This document shows, one piece after another, positions 25,960 to 39,883 of a stretch of DNA of 64,000 nt (position 1 is its first letter; each line of letters begins with the position of its first letter). The notes beneath the pieces are model-generated. The model worked only from the letters and a program-made list of their open reading frames with translations, was not told the origin of the DNA and did no database searches. Location of the stretch: the NCBI GenBank assembly GCA_013265495.1, contig MU058718.1:2813779-2877778 (forward strand), in the 5' to 3' direction. Source of the DNA: Vicugna vicugna (lineage: Eukaryota). A program made the translations under genes and the position numbers.

Positions 25960-26885
25960 ATTGCTAAATTCGACCATATCAAAATTTTAAACTTCTGTGC
26001 TGGAAAAGCTACCATTTAGAACATGAAAAGATAAGCCATAGACTGGGAGAAAATATTTATAAATCATATCTGTAAAGAACGTGTATCCAGAATATATAAA
26101 GAACTTTCCTAATTCAATAAGATAACCTCTTTTTTTTTAATGGGCAAAAGATTGGAATAGACATTTTATCAAAGATGTATGAATGGAAATAAGAACATGC
26201 AAAGATGCTCAACATCGTTGGTCACAGGGTTGTGCCAATGCAAACCATGGTGAGATACAATTACGTGCCCACTAGAATGACTAAAATCAAAACGACAGAC
26301 ACGACCGGGTTGGTAAGGATGTGCAGAAATGGGAGCTTTCATGCATTGCTGGCAAGAATGAAAAATGATATAGCCACTTTGGAAGACAGTTTGGCAGTTC
26401 CTTAAAAAGTTAAACATAAACAGAAGTTCCCATACGATCTAGCAATCCTCTCCTAGGAATCTTTACAAGAGACGTGAAAACATACGTCCACATAAAGATA
26501 CAGATGAGCATGTTCATAGGAGCATTATTCATAATACCCCAAACTGGAAACTTCATATATCCATCAACTGGTGAATGTGGTAAACATTCATGAACAAAAT
26601 ACGGCAAATCCATGCAACGGAATAATATTCAACAATTAAAATGAAAGAATTGATTCATGGTACAATGTGGATGAAACTTGAAAACATTATCCTAAGTGAC
26701 AGAAGCCAGACACAGGAGACTGTCTATTGTATGTTTGATTCCATTACGCAAAGTATTCAGAAAAGGCAGGTATATAGAAACAGAAATAGATCAGTGGTTG
26801 CCTGGGGCTGGGGGTGGGAGCTATAATGGTAAACGGGCCTGAGGAAACTTTCTGAGGTGATGGAAATGCTCTAAAACTAGATTAT
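25960..26885 (+). mobile_element. L1MB/MC-type L1 3' end
   Basis: atgaaaagataagccatagactgggagaaaatattt...gccactttggaagacagtttggcagtt...gatcagtggttgcctggggctggg. Confidence 0.9.
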
Positions 26886-28769
26886 TTTAATTATGCCTCC
26901 TCGATGCAGCTATCTTTCCAAAAAGTTAACAATTCATAGGTCTTTAAATTACCAGCGAACCAAAGTTTTGTTTTTAATCACTAGAAATAAAACATGAGTA
27001 AAGACTTTTGAAGATGATATAAGAATAAACCACTCCTTCCCCCAAGTCTGGATTGTTGTTTACTGCACACAGAGAAAAGGCTTCTGGGAGCTGCATTTGA
27101 CCTGACTGATATGAGGAACTGGCATCAACACCCAGACTGAGGAGTCTGCATTCATTCCTCTGTCCCCATTTCCCTTACGAAGCAGAGGAAAGCCAGAGGC
27201 CCAGACAGTCCACAAATGAAATCGCCATTCCTGAATCATAAGGGAGTTAACTCATTTTTTGTGGGATGCCAGTTATTTTTGACATCATCATATATTAACT
27301 ACTGTTAAAACTTGTCTTGTTCATCCTCAAAGGCCATCAACATGGACTAGATGCACCAGTAGTATTTTTTGGTCTGGAATTGTACTGAAAGGTGTCAGTG
27401 AAACACCAGGACCATCTCCCATATTCCCTGAGCATCCTTCATGCATGAGGCCCTTAGGCTGGCAAGTCACATGACAAAGATGAGGCAGCCTCTGCCCTCA
27501 AGGAATTTGTAAACTGGCTGAGAAAGAAAGCTAAGAAATAGTTTTTTGTTAACAATTAGTAAATGATAAAAAGCCTTGTAAAATCAAGTTGAAAACCTCA
27601 AAATGTAAGACAAGGAAGTTGTACCCCTTTCTTGTTCTAACTTGAACATTCAACCATTTTATTAGAGAAAAATCTGGATCGCTTGGGTAATTAGGATTTG
27701 TTATGTTTCTGTGACTACTTATTTAGTGATGTTTTCTGGTCTGTTTTATAAATTGCATGAATGACAAAATTGTTTCATTTCCACTCAAGGTCTTATCAAT
27801 AAAGCTGAGCAGTATGTGTGTGTACATGTGTATATGTATGTGCAGCTGCAAAATTTTCTCTTTTGTTTTTTGCTGATGTATTCACTTCTGCAAAATGACA
27901 ATGCTGGTATTATGAGAAGTAAAGTCTTTGTTATAATGACTGAAAAGGGCACAAGGCCAATTTCCCAGTACTGTGCATGGGCACATGAGCTTACCTGGGC
28001 CTACTAAACCAACCAGAGGCCACTGGCAAGTGTTGCTAGGCACTGTTCTTGATTTTCCAAACAAGACCCAAATCTATAAAGTGAAGGCAGACCACCATCA
28101 TATGTACTGATACTTCTTGATCCACACTCGTGGGAGGGAATGGCTGCAAGGTGACTCCTTTCCTGTTGGAAAGTCACCCTGACTTTTGAATAAATATATG
28201 AATCGCACACATTAATGATGGCAGCTGAGCTTCTGCAGACAAATTTGCATTCAGCTTATACAATGTTCCTCTAGTCTCTAAATTATTTAGCAACTGGCAG
28301 CAGTATGAGTCATTCATTGTTTAATATGGGGTCAGGATTGAGGTTTGGGTATGAATTGATGCCAATTAAAATAATATCCTCTCCATCTGCTCTCACTTCC
28401 ATTGGATTGTATCTATAGACCTCCATAGAAACGGAAGAGGCAACATCACACGTAGGCAATACTAAACCTATCCTTTCTACCTGTGAATGTTCTTGGGGCT
28501 AAGGGATCCCTAAGCACATCCGTGCTTTTTCTATTTGCACATGCACCAGCCTAAAAGTCACTCCCAGAAATGGGAGTCTTTGTTTCCAAGGCCTAAGTTA
28601 TAATTGGCCCCACTCTGCCCCTGTTTCCTGGAATGTCAGAATCTAAATTCATGTTCCAAATTACATCATGAGGTTTAGTTCCTCAGAAACACTATCCAGA
28701 GTTCCTTTTAGCAATCTTGCCTTGAAATGCAATACAACACAGAATATTATAATGTTATTAAAAATGATG

Positions 28770-29395
28770 CTTATATGACTCAACTCTGGCAAGAAAAAAA
28801 ATCAAGTTAGACCTTTATTTTACATGACGTGTCAAAATAAATTCAAGTGGATAAAAGCATTAAACACAGCAATCCATCAAACCATAAAAATACTAGAAGG
28901 AAAGATAGCTAAATATTTGTCTGATTTATAGGCAGGAAAGCCCTTTCTAAGGTTGTAATCTATTGAAGAAATCATAAAGGAAAATATTGAATTTACTGCA
29001 TAAATAGTAAAATCTATATATAAGTAAAAGTATTAAAATTAGAGAGTAAACAATAAACTGGAATAATATCCAGCCATAAAAAGGAAAAAATTCTGCCATT
29101 TGCAACAACATGGATGGACCTCGAGGGCATTATACTCAGTGAAATAAGTCATATAAAGAAGGACAAAACTGAATGATCTCATTTATATGCAGAATCCAAA
29201 AAAAAAAGCCGAACTTACAGAAACATAGAGTAGAATGGTGGTTGCTAGGGGCTGGGGGAGTAGGACAAGTGGGGAGACGTTGGTCAAAGGGTACAAACTT
29301 ACAGTTAGAAGATGAATAAATTCAGGGGATGTAATGTGCCCCATGGTGACTATAGTTAACAATACTGTATTGTACACCTGGAACTCGCTAAGAAT
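28770..29395 (+). mobile_element. L1 fragments (old ORF2 piece plus L1MA-type 3' end)
   Basis: gccatttgcaacaacatggatggacctcgagggcattat...ggtcaaagggtacaaactt. Confidence 0.85.
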
Positions 29396-29396
29396 A

Positions 29397-29775
29397 TTTT
29401 TTTAATTTTTCATTTTTTAAACTGAAGTACAGTTGATTTACGATGTTGTGCTAGTTTTAGGTGTACAGCAAAGTGATTCAGTTCTACATTTATATAAATA
29501 TTATTTTTCAAATCCTCCATTATAGTTACTATAAGATATTGAATCTAGTTCCCTGTGCTATACAGTAGGGCCTTGTTATTTACCTATTTTATATGTAGTA
29601 GTTTGTATCTGTTCATCTCAAACTCCTAATGTATCCCTTCCTGCCCCTTTCCCCTTTAGCAACCATAAGATTGTTTTCTATGTCTGTGAGTCTGTTTCTG
29701 TTTTATCTGTTCATTTGTTTCATTTTTGAAGATTCCACAAATAAATGATATCATATATTTGTCTTTCTCTGTCTG
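29397..29775 (-). mobile_element. L1 3' end
   Basis: T-rich tail, gaagtacagttgatttacgatgttgtg...ttccctgtgctatacagtagg...ttttctatgtctgtgagtctgtttctg. Confidence 0.9.
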
Positions 29776-30559
29776 AGAAAGAAGGATGGAAGGTAAATGC
29801 TCACCCTGTGCTACAGTGAGAGCAAGCTTGTTTACTCTTCACACAGAAGGACCCACCCCACTCAAGAGCTCGTTCAGTAGAACCTGTGTGTTCTGAACTC
29901 TGCGCTAGGGTTTTCCTCTTGCTTCCAGAATGCCCCTCAGTTCTACCACCATCAGCCTAAATCCTGCACTTATGCAAATGTTAAATTCTCAAATTCTATC
30001 AGCATTCTAGCTCACAGTGGTAATTCTAATAGTTAGCATTTATTGAGCCCTTACTATTGGCCATAATTACTTAATTGCCACAATAATGCTATGCAGGAGG
30101 AACCAGTGTTAATCCATAGATGAGACAACAGAGCTATTAAATAACAGCTATTAAATAACATTCCCATCGTCCTGTAACAAGAAATAAGTAGAAGAGTCAT
30201 CTCTTTTTATTTGTCAGTCACTCATATTCTTAAAAAGTTGATTCCAATTTGGGAGCACTTACAAGAGATTCCCTGGTGTTTTATTTATCAGATGGTTGTC
30301 TTTAAGACACTAAAGTACCTAGCTGCGAGGAAATGTATCCACTCACAGTAACTAGTAGAGCAAATGTCACACGAAGATACTGCCTTTTGGAAATTTCTGG
30401 TTTCACAGGATGTCTTCATTTCACAGCATTATTATTTTTTTCCAATATTCAACTAATGTCCTAATTCTTCAATGAAGCTTTAGGATACAGCTTAATAGTC
30501 ATGGGATGGTTTTAGTTTTTTAAAAATGGGTAGTTGTGAAGCTCTGGGAAAGATTCAAA

Positions 30560-32580
30560 AACTTTAAGACAGTTTCTGTAATTAAAAGCATGAAAATCAT
30601 GATTTTTAAAGAATATCTAACACCACAGATATAGTTGATAGAAAGCACAGTACAATGCAGAATACACAATACCAACCCACAATTTAAATTTAAAATAATC
30701 ACTTATAAATACATATTTTAAAAACCATGGAAATAAGTACAATAAATGTTAACAGTGGTTGGCTCTAAATGATAGAGTAATATGTAGTTTTCATTTTCTT
30801 TTTTATAATTTCTTTTATTTTTCTAATTTTTCTACAAGGAGCATGTGTTGCTTTTATAATCAGAGAACAACAACAAAAATTCATTCCCCAGTGAAAGAAA
30901 CTAAGGCTCTTTGGGGGAAATGGTTGAGCCTATGCCTAAGGCAGGAAAAGTACAAGGTGAGCCTTGACATGTTGTTGTTTCAGAAAGTAAGGAAATGCTC
31001 GAAGACTAATGGGATTGTGTCAAAACATTCCAGGAACTGCCAGCTCAAAGGTCTCCCACTCGCTACATTTAAGTGACAGCATCAAAAATAATAATGAGTA
31101 TAACTAATGGCAACACATTAAATGACTATGATGGGGAAAGAGAGAGAAAGGGAAAAAAAGACAGAAAGACATGCTGGATAAGAAACACCAATATAATGAT
31201 AGAAATCTAATCATTTTGCAACTCCCAGTGTCATATTTGATTAAGGGAAGAGTGATGGATGGATGCTAAAATTATTAGGTGAACGGTTGCTGGGAGACTA
31301 GATAATATCATTTTACAAAGTATTTATTGCAAAGAAAAAAGATATTCCTTTAACAAGGGAGACATTTGGCAGATCTTTCCTCAGCCAAATGATCAAACTT
31401 AACATCACTAAAAGTGGGGCAATCTGATAGCATGCTCTCCCTGATGTGGTACAACATGATGTTCACAACACCTCTGAAGTATTCTTGGCAAAAATATTTA
31501 ACCTGAACCAATCAAGCCTCAAGATCTAGCTTTGTCTAGATCACAGGTAACTGAGGAGAAAGAGAAGCTACTAACACCATGAGCAAATAGTAAGACAAAT
31601 TCAGAAAGCAGTATACTCTGTAAGGTAATTGTCTTAAAGTCTCCAAAAAGTCAGAGTAATAGAAAGAGCAGAAGTACTCTATTTTTAATTTAGTATATTT
31701 TTTAGAGCAGTTTTAGGTTTACAGAAAATCTGAACAGAAAGCACAGAAATCCCATATACCCTCTCCCAATCCCTGCAATTTCTCCTATTATTAACATCTT
31801 GCAGTAATTCGTTACATCTTTACAACTGATGAACACACTAATACATTATAATTGACTAAAGTCTATAGTTTACATTAGGGTTCACTCTTTGCAAATGTGC
31901 ATTGTATATTCTATGGGTTTTTACAAGTGTATAGTGTCATGTACCCACCATTACAGAATCATACAGAATAGATTCACTGCCTCCCAAAATCCTCAGTGTT
32001 CCACCTATTCATGCATCCATCTACCCTCTAAGACCTGCAACCACCAATCTTTTTACTGTTTCCAGAGTGTGGCCTTTTCCAGAATGTCATAGAGTTGGAA
32101 TCATATACTATGTAACCTTTTCAGATTGACTTCTTTTACTTAGCAATATGCACTTCAGGTGGGATTACTCTTAAGAGTGACCAAGTATAGTAACGCATGA
32201 ACTTAGATTGGATCCCAGTTTTTTTTAATGGATATAAAAAGACATTCTTGGGACAAGGGGGGAAATCTGAATATGGACAGGATATTAGAAGATACCAGGG
32301 AATTATTAATAATTTCTCAGACATGATCATGGTGTTTTGGCTGAGTGGAAAAATGTCTTATTTTTAGGAGATGCAGCTGAAGTATTTAGACATGAAGTAT
32401 CATGATGTCTGCACTGACCTTCAAGTGCTACAACAAATATGTGTGTGTTTGTATGTGTGTATGGTGGGAGGATTGAGAGGGAGGGAGAGAGAACAGGGCG
32501 AAATAGTATTATTACTGAAACTAGGAGGACAAATTCAATGTACTGTCACTTCATCTTTTGTATTTGTTTGAAATTTACCC
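30560..32580. mobile_element. Cluster of old L1M (MC/MD/ME) fragments in both orientations
   Basis: e.g. tttttagagcagttttaggtttacagaaaa...ccttttccagaatgtcatagagttggaatcata (antisense, 31680-32160); cattcttgggacaaggggggaaatctgaatatggac (sense, about 32240). Confidence 0.7.
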
Positions 32581-33399
32581 CTTAAATATTAATGAATTTA
32601 CCTGTATTTGGTGCAGAGTCTCTTTTGGGTCAGTTCTACCAGAATCATTAACTGTATTCCTCAACATGACTCTAAGTCAAGAATTCCTCCCTTAGTAGGG
32701 GTTTGAGGTTCAGACAAGGACGATTAGAAGAGACACATTGTAGTAGCCCCAGGGATTTCACAGATGCCACATTTTGGTATACTATAGAAATCAGCAAATG
32801 AAAATCCTGAATGCAGCTGAGAATTTCTTTGCACTTAAATTAAGTTTCCCAATAAAATTTCCTACCTGCACAAGTGTTAACCAGTTATATTTAAAAGGCA
32901 TCACAAAAATGCCCAAAGTCACAGTCTCGCCTTTTATTCTATTTTTCTTCACAGCATTAACCGCACCTGCTATGTTACATACTTATTTGCTTGTCTCTCT
33001 TCCCATAAGAATGTAAGCTCCTTGCACTATCTATCATCTTAATTTCTAAATTTCACTTTCCAGCAACCACTTTTGATATGTCAACCACTATATTACTAAT
33101 ATTTAGGATGATGCCTGATTCATAAATGGTACTCCGTATGTACATTAGTGGATATTCAGTTGTTTCCAGTCACTCACTGTTACAAAACAATGCAGCAATA
33201 CAAATTCTTGTACCTATATTCTCAGGCACTGGTGCATGAGTTTCTCTAACATATATTCCTAAGAGCTGTAATGCTGGATGAAAGGTATGACTGTCTTCAG
33301 AGTTACTGGATATTACCAAAGGGCTCTCTAGAGGAATCTACTTTTCATTTCCATGAGATGAAATCTTTGTGAGTTCCATCATTCATTTCTTTTCCGTCA

Positions 33400-34260
33400 T
33401 TCATTCTTTCATTTATTTATTCATTTAACACGTCTTAACTGAGCACCTACTACATACCAGATACTCTCCTAGGTACTGAAGTCACAGTAGTAAACAAAAC
33501 ACATTCCCCATCTTCAGTGAGCTAATGTTCTAAGAGTGGAAGTTGGGGGAGGAAGAATGCAGACAATAAACAAATATATATGTCGGGGTTAGAAGTGTTA
33601 TGAAGGGAGAGAAAGCAGGGTAAGACAGGAGTGACTAGGAGTGCTATCTTAGGTAGGGTGGTGTAGTAACCTTGGCCCCAGAGGCAGAGCCACAGGCCCA
33701 CCCTGAGTCACAGAAGATTATTCCCAGGCCTTGAGACCTTCTGGAAAGTGCCCTCCTGGATTTTAATATTGCTTAGGATCTGTGGCTCCCTTCTACCTTC
33801 CACTTTCTTTCTTTTGTAACAGGAATGTCTATAACCATTATCCTATGCCTGCCCCACCATTTTGGAAGCAGATAACTTTTCTAGTTCCACCAGTCCACAC
33901 GGAGAGAATTTTATGCCAGGATGGCCCCTATCCACCATCTCCCCATCCCTAGTTTAGATGATTTAAATGATAAGATATAGAACTTCTGAGATGATAAGAT
34001 TTAGATGAGATTTTGGTCCTGAACTGATGCTTTAATGGGTTGAGACTTTTGTGAATATTGGAATGCCATGAATGTAAGTCATCAACATGGAGATGGTATT
34101 GAACACCTTGGAACTGATTGAGACTAGCTAAGTAGTGGGTGTAGGTAAAGAGGAAAAGATGTCAAGAAACTTAACTCTGAGGGATGCCAATATTAGAGGT
34201 CATTAGGAAAAAAAGAAACTGGCAAACAAAACAAAAACAAAAACAAAAACAGAGAAGGAA
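33400..34260. mobile_element. L2 fragment interrupted by a MaLR (MLT-int-like) internal piece at about 33660-34078
   Basis: ctgagcacctactacataccagatact (L2); ggaatgtctataaccattatcctatgcctgccccaccatt...ttggaagcagataact (MaLR internal-like). Confidence 0.55.
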
Positions 34261-34767
34261 GTGAAGTGAAGTGAAGTGGGAAGAGCACTAAGTACTATTT
34301 TGAAGTGAAAGACAATGGAGCAGAACTTGAAAATGCCTCAGGAAAATGATTTTCAAACTGAAATTCTCTATCTAGCTAATTTATCAAGCAAGTTTGAGGA
34401 CAGATAAATCCTTAGAAATGCACCTCCCTTCCGCCCTTTCTCAAGAAGCTATTGGACAATCTGCACGGGAGTTAACCACCAAAGAGGACAACATGCAACC
34501 CAGAAATAGGAAATTCATTGTGGAAGAGGAACAGAGGACATTCCTAAGATAATGGTAAGGGGAGAAGGTCAAAACCTCTGGAAGAAAGGTGTTTTCCATG
34601 GGGGAAATGGAATTGGCAGTTCTCTGATCTACTCAATCAGAGTGCATTAGGAAAGTAAAAATGTATGTGAGCAGATACGCTTGTGTGTGTACATTTGGTG
34701 TCAGGGAGAGAGAGAGGATGAACCAAGTTTTAATCTACTATGCTATGCTGGGAACTCATTAAGTAAT

Positions 34768-35342
34768 GATGTTCACAGCAGCACTATTTACAATAGCCAA
34801 GACATGGAAACAACCTAAATGTCCATCAGCAGATGACTGGATAAAGAAGCTGTGATATATTTATAAAACGGAATACTACTCAGGCATAAAGAAGGAAAGA
34901 ATGCCATTTACAGCAACATGGATGGACCTGGAGATTGCCATTCTAAGTGAAGTAAGCCAGAAAGAGAAAGAAAAATACCATATGATATCACTTATATGTG
35001 GAATCTAAAAAAAGAAGACACAAATGAACTTATTTACAAAACAGAAACAGACTCAGACATAGAAAACAAACTTATGGTTACCGGGGAGTAAAGGGGCAGA
35101 AAGGGATAAATTAGGAGTCCAAGATTTCAGACGCTAACTAATATATATGAAATAGATACACAACAGTTTATACTGTGTAGTACAGGGAACTATATTCAGT
35201 ATCTTGTAGTAACTAGTGGTTAAAAAGAATATGAAGATGAATTTATGTATTTTCCTATATGACTTTTATTGTGCTGTACACCAGAAATTGACACAACATT
35301 GTAAACTGATTATACGTCAATAAAAAATAAAATATATAAAAT
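34768..35342 (+). mobile_element. Young L1 3' end
   Basis: atgttcacagcagcactatttacaatagccaagacatgg...ccagaaattgacacaacattgtaaactga...aataaaaaataaaa; same family as 15037-15748. Confidence 0.95.
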
Positions 35343-35724
35343 ATAGCAATTGAAGAATATTACTCACTTAAATTCTGAAAGAAAGAGCTAAAAGGTTAAA
35401 AGCAATTGCTACTGAGAAACAGGAATCAGGAGAGGTGAGGAGTGGGGTCATGGGCTTTGGTTTTTTATTTATAAGCCTTTATATACAAATTGATTAGGTA
35501 CATGCATGTATTTCTTTCAAAAAGTTAATTTAGAAAAAAGAACAGGAGATAGGTATTCTGTAAATCAAGTGAACCAAATTTCTCGAGAACAGTAAAACCA
35601 AGTTAGCTGAGGCCTGAGCATTGAACAGTGGGCTTCTCAAAGCGCCAGCTATCAGGCATTGGTAGGTGTTGGTTTGGAGGAATAGGATTAGGAGAGCCTG
35701 AATGAGGTTCAAGAAAGAATGGGA

Positions 35725-35854
35725 ACAATAAGTTTGTTTTCCATGTCTGTGAGTCTGCAGATACTGACACGACATTGTAAACTGACTATACTTCAAAAGA
35801 AAAAAAAAGAGAAAAAAGAAAGAAGAAAGGAAAAAAGAATAGAAAAAAAAAAAA
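35725..35854 (+). mobile_element. Miniature 5'-inverted L1 insertion
   Basis: Antisense L1 3' UTR piece (35727-35757), sense terminal piece and A-rich tail; TSD aaagaatggga at 35714-35724 and 35855-35865. Confidence 0.85.
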
Positions 35855-36389
35855 AAAGAATGGGAGGTAAGAAAACGGCCATGGCCGATGTCTTTAACGG
35901 GCTTGCAGGCAGTTTTCATTCCAAGGCAAACTTACCCATTTCCTTTGTGCTTCATGTTTACATTGTGTCCTTTTTAAGAAAGCATTTCTACATTTTCTTC
36001 TAAAAGTTAGTGTCTGTGCTTTATTTTTATTACTTTAAAGACATACATTTGTTAAAGTGAACATCTTGATTTTAAAATAAAAGATGATGACACTCCAACA
36101 TTCTTTTACCACAGTTTTCTAACTTCCCTGAACAAAAGGTCAAATCATTTTTTCTCATAAAAGAGGATATCTATTAAGTATTCCTTTGGGGGGATGTCTG
36201 AATGGTAATTTGAAACAGCCCTTTAGCAAGTTCAAGATATGGAAGCGTTCACTGTATTTTTATGGGAAGATAGTTCCCTTGAGGGAAGAACAAGACAGTA
36301 CATACTGGTCTTCAGTGACTATCAAAAATCTTTATTCCTGGAACTACTGAATTGTAATGTAGACTTCCAGAGCCCGGTAGGGTTGCTAA

Positions 36390-36985
36390 CCCCTCGCTAC
36401 TTGAAATGTGGTCCATGAACTAGTAGGTCAGCCTCCCCTGGGAGCTTGTTAGAAATACAGAATCTCAGCCCCACATCAAACCTGCTGAATTAGAGTTTGC
36501 ATTGTAACAGGGACTCCAAGTGCTTATTGAAGCTTGAGAAATGCAGTCTTAAACCATGAGACAGGGAAGTGTGCAAGAGATAAATCTCATAATTTTCCTC
36601 TTCTGAGTGAGGTGGTTCTCAAACTTGCCTGCATGTTGAAGTCACCTGGAGAACTTTAAACACTACTGGTGTCTGAGTCCTACTTACAGAAATTCTGATA
36701 CGATTTGTCTAGAGTACAGTCTGGACACTGAAAAATTTAAAAGCTCCCCAGGTGAGTCTAGTGTGAGCACAAGATTGAGAAGCCCTGCCCCAGAGAACCT
36801 GTAAGTTAGGAAGGCTTTCAGCTGTTAAGTAACAGCGAAGCCGAGCAGTGGTGGCTTAAGTCAGTGATTCTCAAACTTTGCTGCACACACGTTTAGACTC
36901 ACTTGAGAAGATTTAAAAACGCTGATGCCCAGGCTGCACCCCCAAGATGCTGATTTAATTGTCCTGGGGTGCAGTTTGGCGGTAG
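36390..36985. mobile_element. Cluster of three MER5-type DNA transposons
   Basis: cctgggagcttgttagaaatacagaatctcag (about 36440); gtggttctcaaactt...agctccccaggtga (36611-36790); cagtgattctcaaacttt...gctgatttaattg (36862-36980). Confidence 0.75.
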
Positions 36986-37039
36986 ACATTGTCAGGCTGG
37001 TTTGGTAGCTCGGTTGCGTTAACTAGTGCTGAGCTCTCT

Positions 37040-37590
37040 CTCCCCTCTGTCTTCCATTCAGTGGAATTGTAGCTAGGATTTGCCAGCCTTCTTTGCAGGC
37101 TGTGTCGCTGTGTGCCTAAGTCCCTGCCAATGGAATGCGAGTGGAAGCGAGTGCCACTTCTGGGCCGGCCCCATGCAGCCTCTTAGGTGTGCTCCTCCAT
37201 ACTCTTAACCTTTTCTATGCATCATGACCAGAATAACCTTGGAAGTCATGTGTTGAAGATGGCTCTTACCAAGAGTTCCTACATGGAATTATGAAGAAGA
37301 GCCACCCACCAACCTGACACTCCCAGCAAGGACTGTTCTGTGAAAGAGACACAGTCATCAGAATATTTGTATTACTGGGCATTTAGCTATTTACCAAAAG
37401 TAATGCATCAGACACCTTTTCTTATCTTTGTAATACCCACGTGAGGCAAGTATCACTGTGTCCATTTTACATATGAGAAAGCTAAGACATAGCAAGGTTC
37501 AGTAACTTGCTTGGAATCACACAGCTAGAAAGTGGCAGAGAACAGATTTAAAATCAAGCTTTTCCTATTTCAAAACCCAGGCTCTTAATC
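37040..37590. mobile_element. MLT1-type LTR followed by MIR
   Basis: gccaatggaatgcgagtggaagcga...ccttggaagtcatgtgttgaagatggc (MLT1); ccattttacatatgagaaagctaagac...agtaacttgc (MIR). Confidence 0.7.
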
Positions 37591-39883
37591 ATATCCTCCC
37601 ATGGACTTCTTAAAGTAAGAATGCTCATAGTTGTAAAAAATAGAGTTAATAGAGTCTGTAGTTAAAGGCAGAAAACACCTGCCCTTTAAAGGCTGAATGG
37701 CTGTGCGTTTAGTGGCTAGTTGCTCAGTAATTTTTAACTGCTTTTTTTTGGCTTAGTAGGCCGGTCCCCTGGCCCCTTCTCTTTCACGAGTGTTCTGTAT
37801 GTTTACATGTCTGTTCTATGTGCTGCCACTATGTCAGTCTTCCTAAAAAATGATCATCTCAAGGCACCTCCCTTCACATCCATCTTCAGGACCTACAAGT
37901 CAAAGCTCAAATTCCTCAGCTTAGCACCTGTATTCTGCACAGTGTCACTTCTGCCACATTCTATGGGCCAAAGCAAGTCATACGGTCAGCCCAGATAGAC
38001 CACATCTCTTGAAGGGAGGAGCAGCAAAGAATCTGCGGCATCTTTAACTCCCTGCATCATCTGATTCCTTCTACACCCTTCTCCCCTTATTCTCCCAACC
38101 TCTACTCAATATTCCTTCTCAGTAGAGCCACATTACAGTGTTTAAGGAGTAGGCTCCAGGACTGGGCTTGCCTATGTTTGAATCCCAAATTCATCACCTA
38201 CCTACTCTACTCTGTGAGCATGAGCAAGTGGTCATACCTCTCTGTGCCTCCATTATTCAACCACAAATTGGGTGCAGAACACAAAATCCCACCAGGCTGG
38301 GTGGGATTTACGCTCCAGGGAGGAGGGTGTTAGATGAAGGAATACACACAGTCCCCTAAGGAGTCATCCTTGCACCAAAATGCCTTGACTTAGTTGATCA
38401 CATGAGGAATATTTTGGGTAGGGGAGGGCGTCTATGTGCTGCTTTCTTCTGAAAGTGCTCCCCTAAGACAGAATCCCTATTTCTGTAAAGCTGAACCCCT
38501 CATCCTATGCCCTAAAAGGTAAACTCAAAATCATCTCAAGTTCAGTTTTCCTAGTTTAAGAGTGCTTCACCTTCATCCTATCAAGCTTTAGACCTGCTAG
38601 TTCTTAAATGCCCTTTTTCACAAGGGCACTTTTCAGATCCAAAGGTGAAGCCTCCAGCAGAAGCTTGTCTGCAGGATTCTGAGTATTGGCAATTCCAATC
38701 TGGGCACACAGCACACTCAGCCCTGAGCAGCCATGATTTACAGCAGCAGAGTCTGGGCAGGAAATCCAGCAGCTCTCACTACGCAGGACAGAACACAGAG
38801 CCCACAGCACACAGATCAAGAGGTGAAGGGAGCGGGGCAGAGCCAGGGGAGTGAACTGGGAGCCCAGGGCAGATCTCTGTGGGTGGTGCTAGCCTCTCTC
38901 TCTGAACATTAGTCATATTCTGTGGCCATGAGTCCTATTTTTCCAGTTCCATTCTTTCACAAACAGGTTAATCATTGCTCTTACTAAGAGAGAGAGGAGG
39001 GGGAAAAAATGATTTAAATTCACTCGGAGGCTAAGGGTAATCATACGAATGCATTAGTTCAGATGTTATTTCAGGACAAGATTGCTATTAGACTGTCATA
39101 ATTCATCTGAAAGTTCAGCAGTAAGCTTCCTGGCATGATTTATGATTTGTTTTACAGCAGAAAATATGCAAAGTGTAGTCTGAGAGATAAAGGAGTATGT
39201 AGAGCTTAGGTCTAAAATTCTGAAACAAATTTATTTCATGCCCTCATTGTCTTCAAGTTATATGTTTGAAGTAGCAAGCATGGGGATAGCACTGTGCTGG
39301 GCACTGGGAGGGGTGGGATACAGGAAAAGAGAATCAGATTTTTTTTAAATCCATACTGTGGTCAGTCACCATGATGGTACTGGATTTCTAATGGGCCCTG
39401 GAAGTCTGAGACTGTCCTCAATAGTTTATAACATGGCAGAGGAGATGGCAGGCACAGACATGAATGGTAACATATTCATGTTACTCAGATATTTTTCCAA
39501 CTGTATGGAAGCATAATTAAGAAATAAAATTAGATATATGTAAGATATTTTGACAACATGATATTTTGATATATGTATACGTTATGAAATGTTTACCACA
39601 ATCATCAAGTTAATTCACAGTTCTGCTTTTTTTGCTTTTCGTTTGTTTTTTGTTTTGTTTTGTTTTGTTTTGGTAAGAACGATTAAAATCTACCCCCAGC
39701 AAATTTCCAGTATACAATGCAGTGCTGTGAACTATGGTCACCATGCTGTACATTAGCTCTCTATAACACACTAATCCTGCATGTCTGAAACTTTCTATCC
39801 TTTGACCAACATTTTCCCATTTTCCCCATCCTTCACCCCTTGGAAACCACCATTTCACTCTACTTCTAAGAGTATGACTTCTT

